Source: an uncultured archaeon
Lineage (GTDB): Archaea; Asgardarchaeota; Thorarchaeia; Thorarchaeales; Thorarchaeaceae
Assembly (NCBI GenBank): GCA_964354495.1
Contig: CAYHAA010000017.1
Location: forward strand, 30,001-62,000
Length of the DNA: 32,000 nucleotides
Reading direction: 5' to 3'
Part shown: piece after piece, positions 23,968 to 32,000 of the stretch
Numbering within the stretch: position 1 is the first letter of the stretch
Layout of the letters: every line of letters starts with the position of its first letter
The notes under the pieces: generated by a model
What the model saw: only the letters and a program-made list of their open reading frames with translations
Told to the model about the DNA's origin: nothing
Databases searched by the model: none
Made by a program: the position numbers and the translations under genes

Positions 23968-25260
23968 GTGGACTTCAAGGACCAAGACCGCTCTGATCAG
24001 AACTTTGCATCAGATGTTCTAAGATACTCCCAATTCGCCACAGTCCTCAACCTCTCCATAGTGACCTTCTTGGTACTACTAGGATTGAACATGGTTTCAC
24101 CGATTCTTCCTAGCTATGCAGAGAGATTTCAGGTTTCGTACACTCTTGTTGGCTTCGTGATATCCTCCTTCGCTGTCGCAAGAATGATATTGGATATTCC
24201 GGCAGGGCTCCTCTCAAGAAGACATGACAAGAAGAATATCATGATATTTGGCTTAGCCCTGCTTTATGCCTCGTCCATAATGGCAGGCCTTGCACCAGAC
24301 TACACTACTCTGGTAATAGCAAGGATGATTGAGGGAGCAGGTTCTGCATGCTACGTCACAGCAGCCACTGTCTTCCTCGCACAGATATCAGGAAAAGAAA
24401 AGCGGGGGCAGTGGATGAGCCTCTATTCAGGCATGCTGTTACTGGGAAGCATTTTTGGTCCAACCTTCGGAGGCCTCATAGCTTCAGCATCCGGAATACG
24501 AGCTCCATTCTTTGCCTATGCGGCAGTAGCAGGACTAGGTGTGATTCCTACTCTCGTCTTGCCTAAGATTGAGAACTCCTCGCGGGCATCTGTGCATGAC
24601 GGAAACAGATCGACCCTCCAAGACATGTGGCAGGTGCTGACCCATCCTTCATTCCTCCTCGCAACATTTGCCACCTTTGCTCTGTTCTTCATCCGAACTG
24701 GAGTGAGAAGTACCCTTGTTCCGTTGTTTTCTGCGAATAACTTGGGATTGGACACAAGCTACATAGGAGGAATTCTTACAGTGGCAGGAGTGGCGACTGC
24801 AGCCACCATGGTTCCGATGGGAAAGCTCTCTGATCGAATCGGAAGAAGAAATCCTCTGGTGCTATGTCTACTTCTGACAGCAGTCATCACAGTGTGGATT
24901 CCCTTCTCTAGTAATCTGCTCGAACTGTCGATTTCTATGGCGATCTATGGCTTAATCGTAGGTCTATCAGGGCCGATTGCCGCATACGTAACAGATGTGT
25001 CGCCGCAAGACAAGCTCGAGGTCTCGATGGGACTCTACCGAATGATAAGCGACATGGGATTCATTGCTGGGCCACTGCTCCTTGGCTACATAGCAGATGC
25101 AACAGCAATACCCGTAGCTGGAGCGACCCATTCGGGGCTCATCGGCATACTGCCTTTTGCAGCAGCTTCCCTAATCTTAGGGATGGCAGGTCTCTCACTT
25201 CTAAGAGCTCAGGACCCAATGAGGAAGACAGTTCGACGCGACTCAGAAGCAGTGGATTAA
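23968..25260 (+). CDS. MFS transporter (DHA1-like)
   Basis: GLLSRRHDKK and GKLSDRIGRR motif A copies, ARMIEGAG, GPTFGG; 12 TM segments. Confidence 0.92.
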   Translation: MDFKDQDRSDQNFASDVLRYSQFATVLNLSIVTFLVLLGLNMVSPILPSYAERFQVSYTLVGFVISSFAVARMILDIPAGLLSRRHDKKNIMIFGLALLYASSIMAGLAPDYTTLVIARMIEGAGSACYVTAATVFLAQISGKEKRGQWMSLYSGMLLLGSIFGPTFGGLIASASGIRAPFFAYAAVAGLGVIPTLVLPKIENSSRASVHDGNRSTLQDMWQVLTHPSFLLATFATFALFFIRTGVRSTLVPLFSANNLGLDTSYIGGILTVAGVATAATMVPMGKLSDRIGRRNPLVLCLLLTAVITVWIPFSSNLLELSISMAIYGLIVGLSGPIAAYVTDVSPQDKLEVSMGLYRMISDMGFIAGPLLLGYIADATAIPVAGATHSGLIGILPFAAASLILGMAGLSLLRAQDPMRKTVRRDSEAVD

Positions 25261-25398
25261 AGATTGAAGAAAGCGGATGACACCCAAAGAATAAGTCAAA
25301 TAACGGATATGCACAGTTGGAGAAGCAAGTCTAGCGGAGTACATTCTGCAGAATTCATGATTCGCGGGCAATTGAATTCTCTTGGGAGACTGGCAACT

Positions 25399-27126
25399 AT
25401 GAAGTATTCAATAGCAATTGCAGGAGCAGCAGGGCAGGGAATCGATACCGTAGCAGATTTTCTAGCAGCCATCCTGAAGGAATCGGGTCTACATGTTTTT
25501 GTTTGGAGAGAATTCATGTCTAGGATAAGAGGAGGTATCAATTCAGTGCAGCTCAGAGTGACAGATGAGAGAACAGGAGCCTATACATTCAGAACGAGTA
25601 TCGCAGTCGTCCTAGACAGTGGTGCTTCCGAGCATCTGAACAGACACTCTCGTATTAGCGATGACACAGTCATCGTGGGTGAGCAGAAAAACATCGAAAC
25701 CATTGACCATGACCCGAGATATGTGATAGCGGCACCATTCTCGGAGATTGCCAAGGAGGTTGGTGGTGCAATCTACTTGAACTCGATAGCAGCTGGCGTA
25801 GTTGCGGCATACTTCAACGTGAAGGAGTCGATTGTTCAAGCCTACCTCAGTGAGCGGTTTAGTTCAAAAGGGGAAGAAATCGTCAAAAAGAATACTGATG
25901 CGTATACGAGAGGATTTCAAATTGGGCAGAGAATTAGTGACATTCTGGGCCCCATGCGCATTAGATCAGATTCTGGTGTGCGTTCACAACTTCTGTTGAG
26001 CGGTAGCGAGGCCATAGCCTTGGGTGCACTTGCAGGCGGCTGCAACTTCATTTCCTCCTACCCAATGTCACCCTCAACGGGCGTTCTTACATTTCTAGCA
26101 CAGCATGCGAGATATTTCGGTGTTCTAGTAGATCAAGCTGAAGACGAGATAGCCGCAATGAACAAAGGTCTTGGAGCATGGTATGCTGGCGGACGTGCGA
26201 TTGTGACAACCTCAGGAGGAGGATTTGCCCTGATGACTGAGGGGCTCAGTCTTGCGGGTATGTTAGAGAGTCCGATGGTGATACATCTTGCACAAAGACC
26301 GGGACCCGCAACGGGATTGCCAACAAGAACGGGGCAGGAGGATCTTAAGCATGCCCTTGGTGCATCTCACGGCGAGTTTCCCAGAGTGATCTATACTCCG
26401 GGAACATACGAAGACGCATTCTTTCTCACCCAGAGAGCGTTCAACACGGCAGACCAATATCAAGTACCAGTCTTTGTTCTAACAGACCAATTTCTCCTTG
26501 ACTCATTGGGGACTCTTCCAATGTTGAAACTAACAGACACAAAGAGAGAGCAACATGTAGTCAAGACGAGGAGCAATTACAGAAGGTATCTCTTGACAGA
26601 AACGGGTATCTCTCCCCGAGGAATTCCCAGTTATGGAGAGGGCCTCGTCGTTGTAGACAGTGATGAACATGATGAGAGTGGGCACATAACAGAAGACCTG
26701 CACCTTCGAACCAAGATGGTAGACAAGAGGCTGAGAAAGAAGACCATACTGCTGCGCGAGAACACAATCCCTCCGACACTGGTAGGAGCAAAGGAGCCGA
26801 ACATTCTTGTCATCGCATGGGGATCCAACTATCATGTCGTCAAAGAGGCGATATCCGAGCTTGGCCAGGACAGTATCGCCATGCTCCACTTTAGCCAGGT
26901 CTATCCATTGCATGAGACCTCACTTGCGTATCTTCGTTCAGCAAAGAGAGTGGCAATCGTTGAGAATAATGCATCAGCTCAGTTCGCCGGACTGATTCAG
27001 AGAGAAACGGGATTTGCAATCGCTAGTGACAGCATGCTCCTGAAGTACAATGGACTTCCCTTTGCTGTGGAAGAGGTGGTGGACTTTCTGCGGGGTATAG
27101 CAAAACAGGAGATGATTATGAATTGA
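25399..27126 (+). CDS. korA: 2-oxoacid:ferredoxin oxidoreductase alpha subunit (gamma-alpha fusion)
   Basis: [44 protein letters not shown]. Likely start is ATG 25399. Substrate specificity cannot be determined from sequence here. Confidence 0.92.
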   Translation: MKYSIAIAGAAGQGIDTVADFLAAILKESGLHVFVWREFMSRIRGGINSVQLRVTDERTGAYTFRTSIAVVLDSGASEHLNRHSRISDDTVIVGEQKNIETIDHDPRYVIAAPFSEIAKEVGGAIYLNSIAAGVVAAYFNVKESIVQAYLSERFSSKGEEIVKKNTDAYTRGFQIGQRISDILGPMRIRSDSGVRSQLLLSGSEAIALGALAGGCNFISSYPMSPSTGVLTFLAQHARYFGVLVDQAEDEIAAMNKGLGAWYAGGRAIVTTSGGGFALMTEGLSLAGMLESPMVIHLAQRPGPATGLPTRTGQEDLKHALGASHGEFPRVIYTPGTYEDAFFLTQRAFNTADQYQVPVFVLTDQFLLDSLGTLPMLKLTDTKREQHVVKTRSNYRRYLLTETGISPRGIPSYGEGLVVVDSDEHDESGHITEDLHLRTKMVDKRLRKKTILLRENTIPPTLVGAKEPNILVIAWGSNYHVVKEAISELGQDSIAMLHFSQVYPLHETSLAYLRSAKRVAIVENNASAQFAGLIQRETGFAIASDSMLLKYNGLPFAVEEVVDFLRGIAKQEMIMN

Positions 27127-28010
27127 ACCCGGATGATTTTGAACTAATGAACGATGTTCAGTACGACATTGCCTGGTGCCCAGGCTGCGGCAACTACCAG
27201 ATCAGAAGTGCATTGATGCTCGCCCTTGCGGAGCTCAATTTGAGGCCCCAAGAGACTGTCATAGTTTCGGGCATAGGTCAGGCTGCAAAGACACCGCACT
27301 ATGTACGCACAAACGTGTTCAACGGGCTGCATGGAAGAGCCCTACCAGCCGCAATGGCAATCAAAGCAGCCAATCCGGGGTTGACAGTCATTGCAGAGAG
27401 TGGTGATGGATGTATGTATGGCGAAGGCGGCAATCACTTGATGCATACCATGCTCAGAAACCCAGTTATCACTGTCTTTGTGCATAATAACATGGTCTAC
27501 GGTCTGACCAAGGGCCAAGCATCTCCCACTAGCCAGAGAGGCTTTGAAACGCCTGTGCAGCCTGCTGATAGACAAGGCGTGACCTCTGAACCATTCAATC
27601 CACTTGCCCTTGGCGTGGCAATGAATGCGTCATTTGTGGCAAGGGCCTTCATTGGTGACACAGAGCAAACAAAGGAGATAATGAAGAAAGCAATCCAGCA
27701 CAAAGGGTTCTCGCTTGTAGACATCTTCCAGCCATGTGTCACATACAACAAGATCAACACATTTCGATGGTTCAAGAGCAACACATACTACTTGGACGAT
27801 GCATATGATCCTACAGACCGATTGGCTGCATTTGAGAAAGCCATCGAACGTGATAGGTATCCACTTGGTGTTCTCTACAGAAGTCTTCCAAGGGCCACAT
27901 TCGAGGAGAATTCAGGCATCTATGATGTGGACAAGAGACCTCTGTTTCAGCGTGCCATGGATAAGAAGAAGCTAAAGGATTTGATTCAAACAAAGGTCAG
28001 CGGACTATAG
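27123..28010 (+). CDS. korB: 2-oxoacid:ferredoxin oxidoreductase beta subunit
   Basis: WCPGCGN, SGIGQ, HGRA, GDG...[23 protein letters not shown]; overlaps the alpha-subunit stop. Confidence 0.93.
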   Translation: MNPDDFELMNDVQYDIAWCPGCGNYQIRSALMLALAELNLRPQETVIVSGIGQAAKTPHYVRTNVFNGLHGRALPAAMAIKAANPGLTVIAESGDGCMYGEGGNHLMHTMLRNPVITVFVHNNMVYGLTKGQASPTSQRGFETPVQPADRQGVTSEPFNPLALGVAMNASFVARAFIGDTEQTKEIMKKAIQHKGFSLVDIFQPCVTYNKINTFRWFKSNTYYLDDAYDPTDRLAAFEKAIERDRYPLGVLYRSLPRATFEENSGIYDVDKRPLFQRAMDKKKLKDLIQTKVSGL

Positions 28011-28083
28011 AAACGCAGTACTTGCACTGCTCAGGCGTTAGAAGCGAACAGCTATCACAAAAATAGTAATCCAAGCGGGTCAT
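27997..28083 (-). CDS. Putative 28-aa zinc-finger micro-protein ([28 protein letters not shown])
   Basis: CxxC-x7-CxxC motif; ATGA overlap with the upstream micro-ORF; 14-nt overlap with the korB 3' end. Confidence 0.4.
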   Translation of the reverse strand: MTRLDYYFCDSCSLLTPEQCKYCVSIVR

Positions 28084-28133
28084 AGGCCTAGGACGCTCAT
28101 ACAACCCATTCTCGCAATGTCTTTGTGACCCAT
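28080..28133 (-). CDS. Putative 17-aa micro-ORF ([17 protein letters not shown])
   Basis: TGATG coupling upstream and ATGA coupling downstream. Confidence 0.25.
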   Translation of the reverse strand: MGHKDIARMGCMSVLGL

Positions 28134-28198
28134 CACTCTTCAGTCGTTTTGAGCGATGGGTTCAATGCGTAAATGCTCTGTGTCCTTTGCACACTCAT
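28133..28198 (-). CDS. Putative 21-aa micro-ORF (MSVQRTQSIYALNPSLKTTEE)
   Basis: First ATG after an AT-rich stretch at about 28210-28240; its stop overlaps the next ATG. Confidence 0.25.
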   Translation of the reverse strand: MSVQRTQSIYALNPSLKTTEE

Positions 28199-28304
28199 CC
28201 GTCTGGACTAATTAACTATAGTGAAAATTATGATTTAAACTCTCTGTTATCTGCAGTCCATTCGATCTTTTTCCAGAAGACTAAGGGATTGCTTAAGGCA
28301 TGAT

Positions 28305-28484
28305 TCACGAAGGAGCATAATAGCAATTCTTTGGGGATACCAGTTTCCCTTCCTTTTGCAGGGTCTTGATGATCTTAGAAACCTCAGCCTTTTCGATGCC
28401 TGTGATATCTGCCACCTCTCCGGCCTTCAGGGGTTTTGTGGACTTCTTGAACGCATTGTAGACGATTTCCTTGTTGTCAGGCAT
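28305..28484 (-). CDS. 59-aa stand-alone winged-helix protein (not in ORF track)
   Basis: MPDNKEIVYNAFKKSTKPLKAGEVADITGIEKAEVSKIIKTLQKEGKLVSPKNCYYAPS has a classic wHTH pattern; SD GGTGA upstream. Confidence 0.88.
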   Translation of the reverse strand: MPDNKEIVYNAFKKSTKPLKAGEVADITGIEKAEVSKIIKTLQKEGKLVSPKNCYYAPS

Positions 28485-28676
28485 TTAACTCTTCACCAGC
28501 AACTGGTACTGTACGTTGCCTTTTAAGGAGCCGCTGAAGCTCTTTCACAGTAATGTTGTACTTATAGCTAGATAGAATCATGAGATTCTCAGGCGTCAAA
28601 TCTCTTTAGAGGGCAAATCAGAGAATGACCAAGATTGAAGAAATCGCGGTCCGCCGCACGAAGCTGTGACATATCG

Positions 28677-28763
28677 ATGGATACAAGAGTGTTAGTTGCT
28701 GCAATTGTTGTGATGGCCCTGTTCATGGGCAGTATCGCAACAATCGTCTGCGGTATTTTATGA
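28677..28763 (+). CDS. Putative 28-aa single-TM micro-protein (MDTRVLVAAIVVMALFMGSIATIVCGIL)
   Basis: Uninterrupted hydrophobic helix after a charged N-terminus. Confidence 0.5.
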   Translation: MDTRVLVAAIVVMALFMGSIATIVCGIL

Positions 28764-28862
28764 TTGGGTAGAGAGCATGAAACATGTGGATGAATCATGA
28801 GCTGGATTGGAAGTGAAAGTATTGATCTCTAAGAGCCAATTACTGTGGGGTCGTACTATTGA

Positions 28863-29012
28863 TCCAAGACAAACCCTGATGTCGAAAGAGCCGGATTGTA
28901 TACTGATTCCATGAAGACAACTGAGGGGCAGTCTTAGATAATCCGACAAGCAAAAGCTCTCGCCCATTGTCTATGATACGGGAATTTGTTGATTACAGGT
29001 GGGGTGCTTTTG
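28863..29012 (+). pseudogene. Remnant of the N-terminus of a glycyl radical enzyme (PFL-like family)
   Basis: One frame reads SKTNPDVERAGLYTDSMKTTEGQS*IIRQAKALAHCL*YGNLLITGG, matching the GRE pattern ERAxLxTESxKxTEGEPxIIRxAKAL, with in-frame stops at 28935 and 28974. Confidence 0.75.
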
Positions 29013-29025
29013 AACAGCTCACCCG

Positions 29026-30024
29026 TCAATGCTTGACAGCACCAATGAGTCCATTCTCATTGGTCAACTCTGCTTGATTTCTACTTTGTAAGATTCTAAG
29101 AAGGTCATGACTCTCAGCCAAGGCTAGGACAAGCGAATTCGTATCATAGTCCCCATAGATTATTCTTGAGATCTCGTAGACTGTCTGAGGGCTGTGCGTC
29201 AAAGAGTCAGCGGCCTTCTGGAGTTTGCTGTCATATTCAGCACGCAATGTCTCGACTCTAGATGCAATGTCAAGTATTGGTTCTCTGTGACCAGGAAGTG
29301 CGATATAGCCTTCTCTGGATGAGATTCTGTTCAGCGAATCAAGGTAGGTTATCATGCCTATTCTTTCAGAACTGTCAAATGAGATACTTGGGTTTGAACT
29401 TATATCTCCCAAGACATGGTCTCCACTAAAGATGACTTGCTGTCCTTCACATACAAAGCATGTTGACCCAGGAGAGTGACCTGGGACCCAGACTGCAGTA
29501 ACTTCGCCAATACCTGTTTTGAAAGATGCGTTGTCTTCGAAACAGTGAACTGCTGGAACAGACTCTCCCATTGACTTGAAGAAGGCTGTGCGACCTTTTG
29601 CAAGCTTCAGGGCCTCATTCTTTGGGACACCAGATGTCATTATTAGCTTCACAATAGGCTCCAAGTAGTGCTCCATGTATCTCTCATAATTGAGAAGCGC
29701 CTCTGCATCCCTTCGATGAATCCATACCTCTGTAGCACCGCCATGAATACGCGCCCGTTCTCCAACGAATTGCGCCACTAGCCCAATATGATCAATGTGA
29801 TTGTGTGTTAGGAGAATCTGTTCAATCTCAGACAAATCATAGGACAATGCATGAAGTTCTCTCTGCATTGTTTCTAGACCCTTGGAGGTCTTTGGACCGG
29901 TGTCAATCAGAGTGAGTGGTTTGCCTTCTATCAAGTAACAATTGACGTTGCCAACAGGAAACGGTGTAGGTATCTCAATTCTAGATACTCTATCGATTGG
30001 ATTCGTCATGAGGGGGAAGACCAA
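29026..30024 (-). CDS. Metallo-beta-lactamase-fold hydrolase
   Basis: LIDTG, THNHIDHIG, PGHSPGS, FSGDH, PGH. Confidence 0.93.
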   Translation of the reverse strand: MVFPLMTNPIDRVSRIEIPTPFPVGNVNCYLIEGKPLTLIDTGPKTSKGLETMQRELHALSYDLSEIEQILLTHNHIDHIGLVAQFVGERARIHGGATEVWIHRRDAEALLNYERYMEHYLEPIVKLIMTSGVPKNEALKLAKGRTAFFKSMGESVPAVHCFEDNASFKTGIGEVTAVWVPGHSPGSTCFVCEGQQVIFSGDHVLGDISSNPSISFDSSERIGMITYLDSLNRISSREGYIALPGHREPILDIASRVETLRAEYDSKLQKAADSLTHSPQTVYEISRIIYGDYDTNSLVLALAESHDLLRILQSRNQAELTNENGLIGAVKH

Positions 30025-30249
30025 TTCAGATACTCTCTACATGGGTGATATAAAGAGGGCTGTTCAGCCAATCACTCAACACAGATCAAAAGACGGAGAG
30101 TCCATAGTACTAGTTGACTCGATGAGAATGAAAGGATGACTCAACAGTCGCAGCGAGGGCAAGTTCCCTATCCTAGCGTCGTTGGCGGTGCTTACTGTGT
30201 TGGTTCGGAGGACGCAAACTTAGCCTCGCAGCATAGATCTGTTGATGAC

Positions 30250-32000
30250 TCAGGTAAGCCTCCTTCGTACCACCACAGCGGCAACAACAAGAACTACAAC
30301 CCCGACTGTCAGGTAGACAAAGTGCGGCACGCCCATTGTGCTTGCAGTGATCCAATCGAGAATCGGATTGGATGCCAAGACCTCAATCGGTCCGCCTGGT
30401 TCTGACATCGAATCATAGTCCCTATACCAAGCCCTTGCGTCCGGTGCGACAGCGTCTATGCTGGCATTGAACCAGATGCATATGGCCCGCCTCTCTGTGT
30501 ATACGCCCGGATTAGTAGGCGTAATGTTGTATTGTGTTGACCAGCTCTCTCCTGGATCAAGTGACGCCAGCTTGAACAGCACTGGAGACGACGCATCGTA
30601 CGATCTGAGTCCAGGGCAGATTCCGTCAATGATTCTCACGTCATAAGCCGTTTCAACGCCCATGTTGGTGACAGTAATGTTGTACCACATAGTGTTCCCT
30701 GGGTAAAGTTGTTTCGTGACCTGTCCCAGACTACACGTCTTGGTTATCTTGAGGTATGACAGTGAAATCTCAAGTGTCGGTTCAGAATCAAGGCTGAACG
30801 ACATTCCAATGTCTGTGCTCATGAAGAGTTGTGGACTTGCCTTGTCATATGAGTGGGCAGTTTCATTGTATGTAGTGTCCAGATTGACCGCACAAAAGTC
30901 ATCAAGACCGTTCACAAGTGTAGGCCGAACATCGAAACCGTCACTGATAGTCTGATTGAACAGCAGCCAGAGCTCATCAGGTTCCTTGGCGATCCAAGTG
31001 CCATCAATCCGAGCAGACTGTGCCGAGAGACTTGATATGAGGCTGCCCGCGAAGACCTGCACAGTTTCATCCCAGTTCTCACTCAGAAACTTTTTCATCT
31101 CTTGCCGGTTCCAACCTGTGAGAGCAGGAAGCGATATCCCATATTCTGTAAACAGGCTATCTATAAAGCCAAAGCCCTTTGAGGCAATCGAAGCGTTGAA
31201 TTCCGCACCCCAGCTGCCATTCTCCAACAGTGAAATGAGACCGTAGCTGTCGATGCTCCTGAGCAGCGCGTCGAACAACACTGGGCCGAGCGCACCATCA
31301 GGATCTATCCAGTAGACTCCATCACCATTATCGAGATTCCCGAATATCGCAAGGCTAAGCAGAGGAGAGGGTATATCGAATAGGTGGCCTTGAGGATGAA
31401 TGAGAATGTCACGAATCATGTGTGAACCGGCTTGGCCTTCACCCCACGACCAGTCGAACGATGGCCCCCACGCATCATTGAACCACTTGACAATTCCACG
31501 ACCCTGCACCGTGTAGTTCGTTTCGGAACTGACCGAACCAAGTTGATTGACGAGTCTCATCAGGACATCATAGTCTTCAGTTCCAGGCATAATGACCCCT
31601 CCATCCTTCTCAAGAGGAATCTCGAACGGATAAGAGGGCATGTCATCCAATCGAAGCCATTCGTCTGGCACACCTTGGACACTCATGCCATTGGGTCCAG
31701 TCGCTCCGATGATTGACAGAGAACACGCAGATGGATCCTCGTACATCTTATTCATTAGAGGGCCATCATAATCAAGATAGTCGAGCAATGACCAGACTGA
31801 AACATCCTCCCAGCTATGGTAATGGTCAAGGTACAATGAGGCTCGACCCATAATCATACTGTCACAGTCTTCATCAGGACCCGGCGCAGTTTCAGCTTCA
31901 TGTCGAACAGCAATGGGTCCCGGATAGATGCCTATCCCGTTCATAAGCGAGGGACTGGCCCTGTCAACGCGCTTCAGAATCAGTCCGCATCCGCTATCAT
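30250..32000 (-). CDS. Large surface protein with DUF11-like Ig domain and C-terminal TM anchor (5' end beyond the window)
   Basis: The frame stays open past ATG 31944 to the window edge (DSGCGLILKRVDRASPSLMNG). LKITKT...PGNTMWYNITVTNMG...DVRIID repeat-domain pattern; hydrophobic C-terminus ending RRRLT. Confidence 0.85.
   Translation of the reverse strand, partial: DSGCGLILKRVDRASPSLMNGIGIYPGPIAVRHEAETAPGPDEDCDSMIMGRASLYLDHYHSWEDVSVWSLLDYLDYDGPLMNKMYEDPSACSLSIIGATGPNGMSVQGVPDEWLRLDDMPSYPFEIPLEKDGGVIMPGTEDYDVLMRLVNQLGSVSSETNYTVQGRGIVKWFNDAWGPSFDWSWGEGQAGSHMIRDILIHPQGHLFDIPSPLLSLAIFGNLDNGDGVYWIDPDGALGPVLFDALLRSIDSYGLISLLENGSWGAEFNASIASKGFGFIDSLFTEYGISLPALTGWNRQEMKKFLSENWDETVQVFAGSLISSLSAQSARIDGTWIAKEPDELWLLFNQTISDGFDVRPTLVNGLDDFCAVNLDTTYNETAHSYDKASPQLFMSTDIGMSFSLDSEPTLEISLSYLKITKTCSLGQVTKQLYPGNTMWYNITVTNMGVETAYDVRIIDGICPGLRSYDASSPVLFKLASLDPGESWSTQYNITPTNPGVYTERRAICIWFNASIDAVAPDARAWYRDYDSMSEPGGPIEVLASNPILDWITASTMGVPHFVYLTVGVVVLVVAAVVVRRRLT

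Noticed and set aside
28589-28967. Minus-strand ORFs 28589-28798 and 28758-28967
   Set aside because: Antisense to the hydrophobic micro-ORF and the GRE remnant; no recognisable features.
1-32000. Transposase, integrase, rRNA, tRNA or eukaryotic-signature cytoskeletal/ESCRT genes
   Set aside because: No supporting motifs found on either strand; the remaining short track ORFs overlap confidently called genes and are treated as shadows.

Overview
Gene-dense archaeal chromosomal window. TATA boxes, GGAGGTGA Shine-Dalgarno sites, TTG/GTG starts and the protein families present suggest an Asgard archaeon, most likely Thorarchaeia; this is inferred from style, not from a search. Recognisable genes: three MFS transporters, nth, a GT4 glycosyltransferase, serS, a minimal sufC-sufB pair, a ferritin/rubrerythrin-like protein, an ECF S component, superoxide reductase, a GNAT, a single-chain transketolase, a PNPOx-like/MarR operon with a perfect 18-bp operator, a cupin, 2-oxoacid:ferredoxin oxidoreductase alpha/beta, an MBL hydrolase and two surface proteins. 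I found no rRNA, tRNA, CRISPR array or mobile element. The most unusual content lies in the apparent intergenic gaps, which hold sub-60-aa ORFs missing from the supplied track. (1) At 13.69-14.00 kb, a TATA-driven three-peptide unit has two paralogous peptides sharing ST(E/D)AITYAYxYR with mostly synonymous DNA differences; one ends in a proteasome HbYX-like motif. (2) At 2.4-3.2 kb, a cascade of micro-ORFs is transcribed divergently from two tandem Lrp/AsnC-like proteins. (3) At 23.0-23.4 kb, an Asp/Trp peptide, a Lys-rich peptide and a three-way-junction RNA hairpin sit divergent from a ChrB-N/PaaX/Cas2-like protein. (4) At 28.0-28.2 kb, three coupled micro-ORFs end in a CxxC-x7-CxxC peptide. 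Also present are a decayed glycyl-radical-enzyme remnant and a SufC with an unusual five-Cys insert. All functions proposed for the small ORFs are hypotheses.
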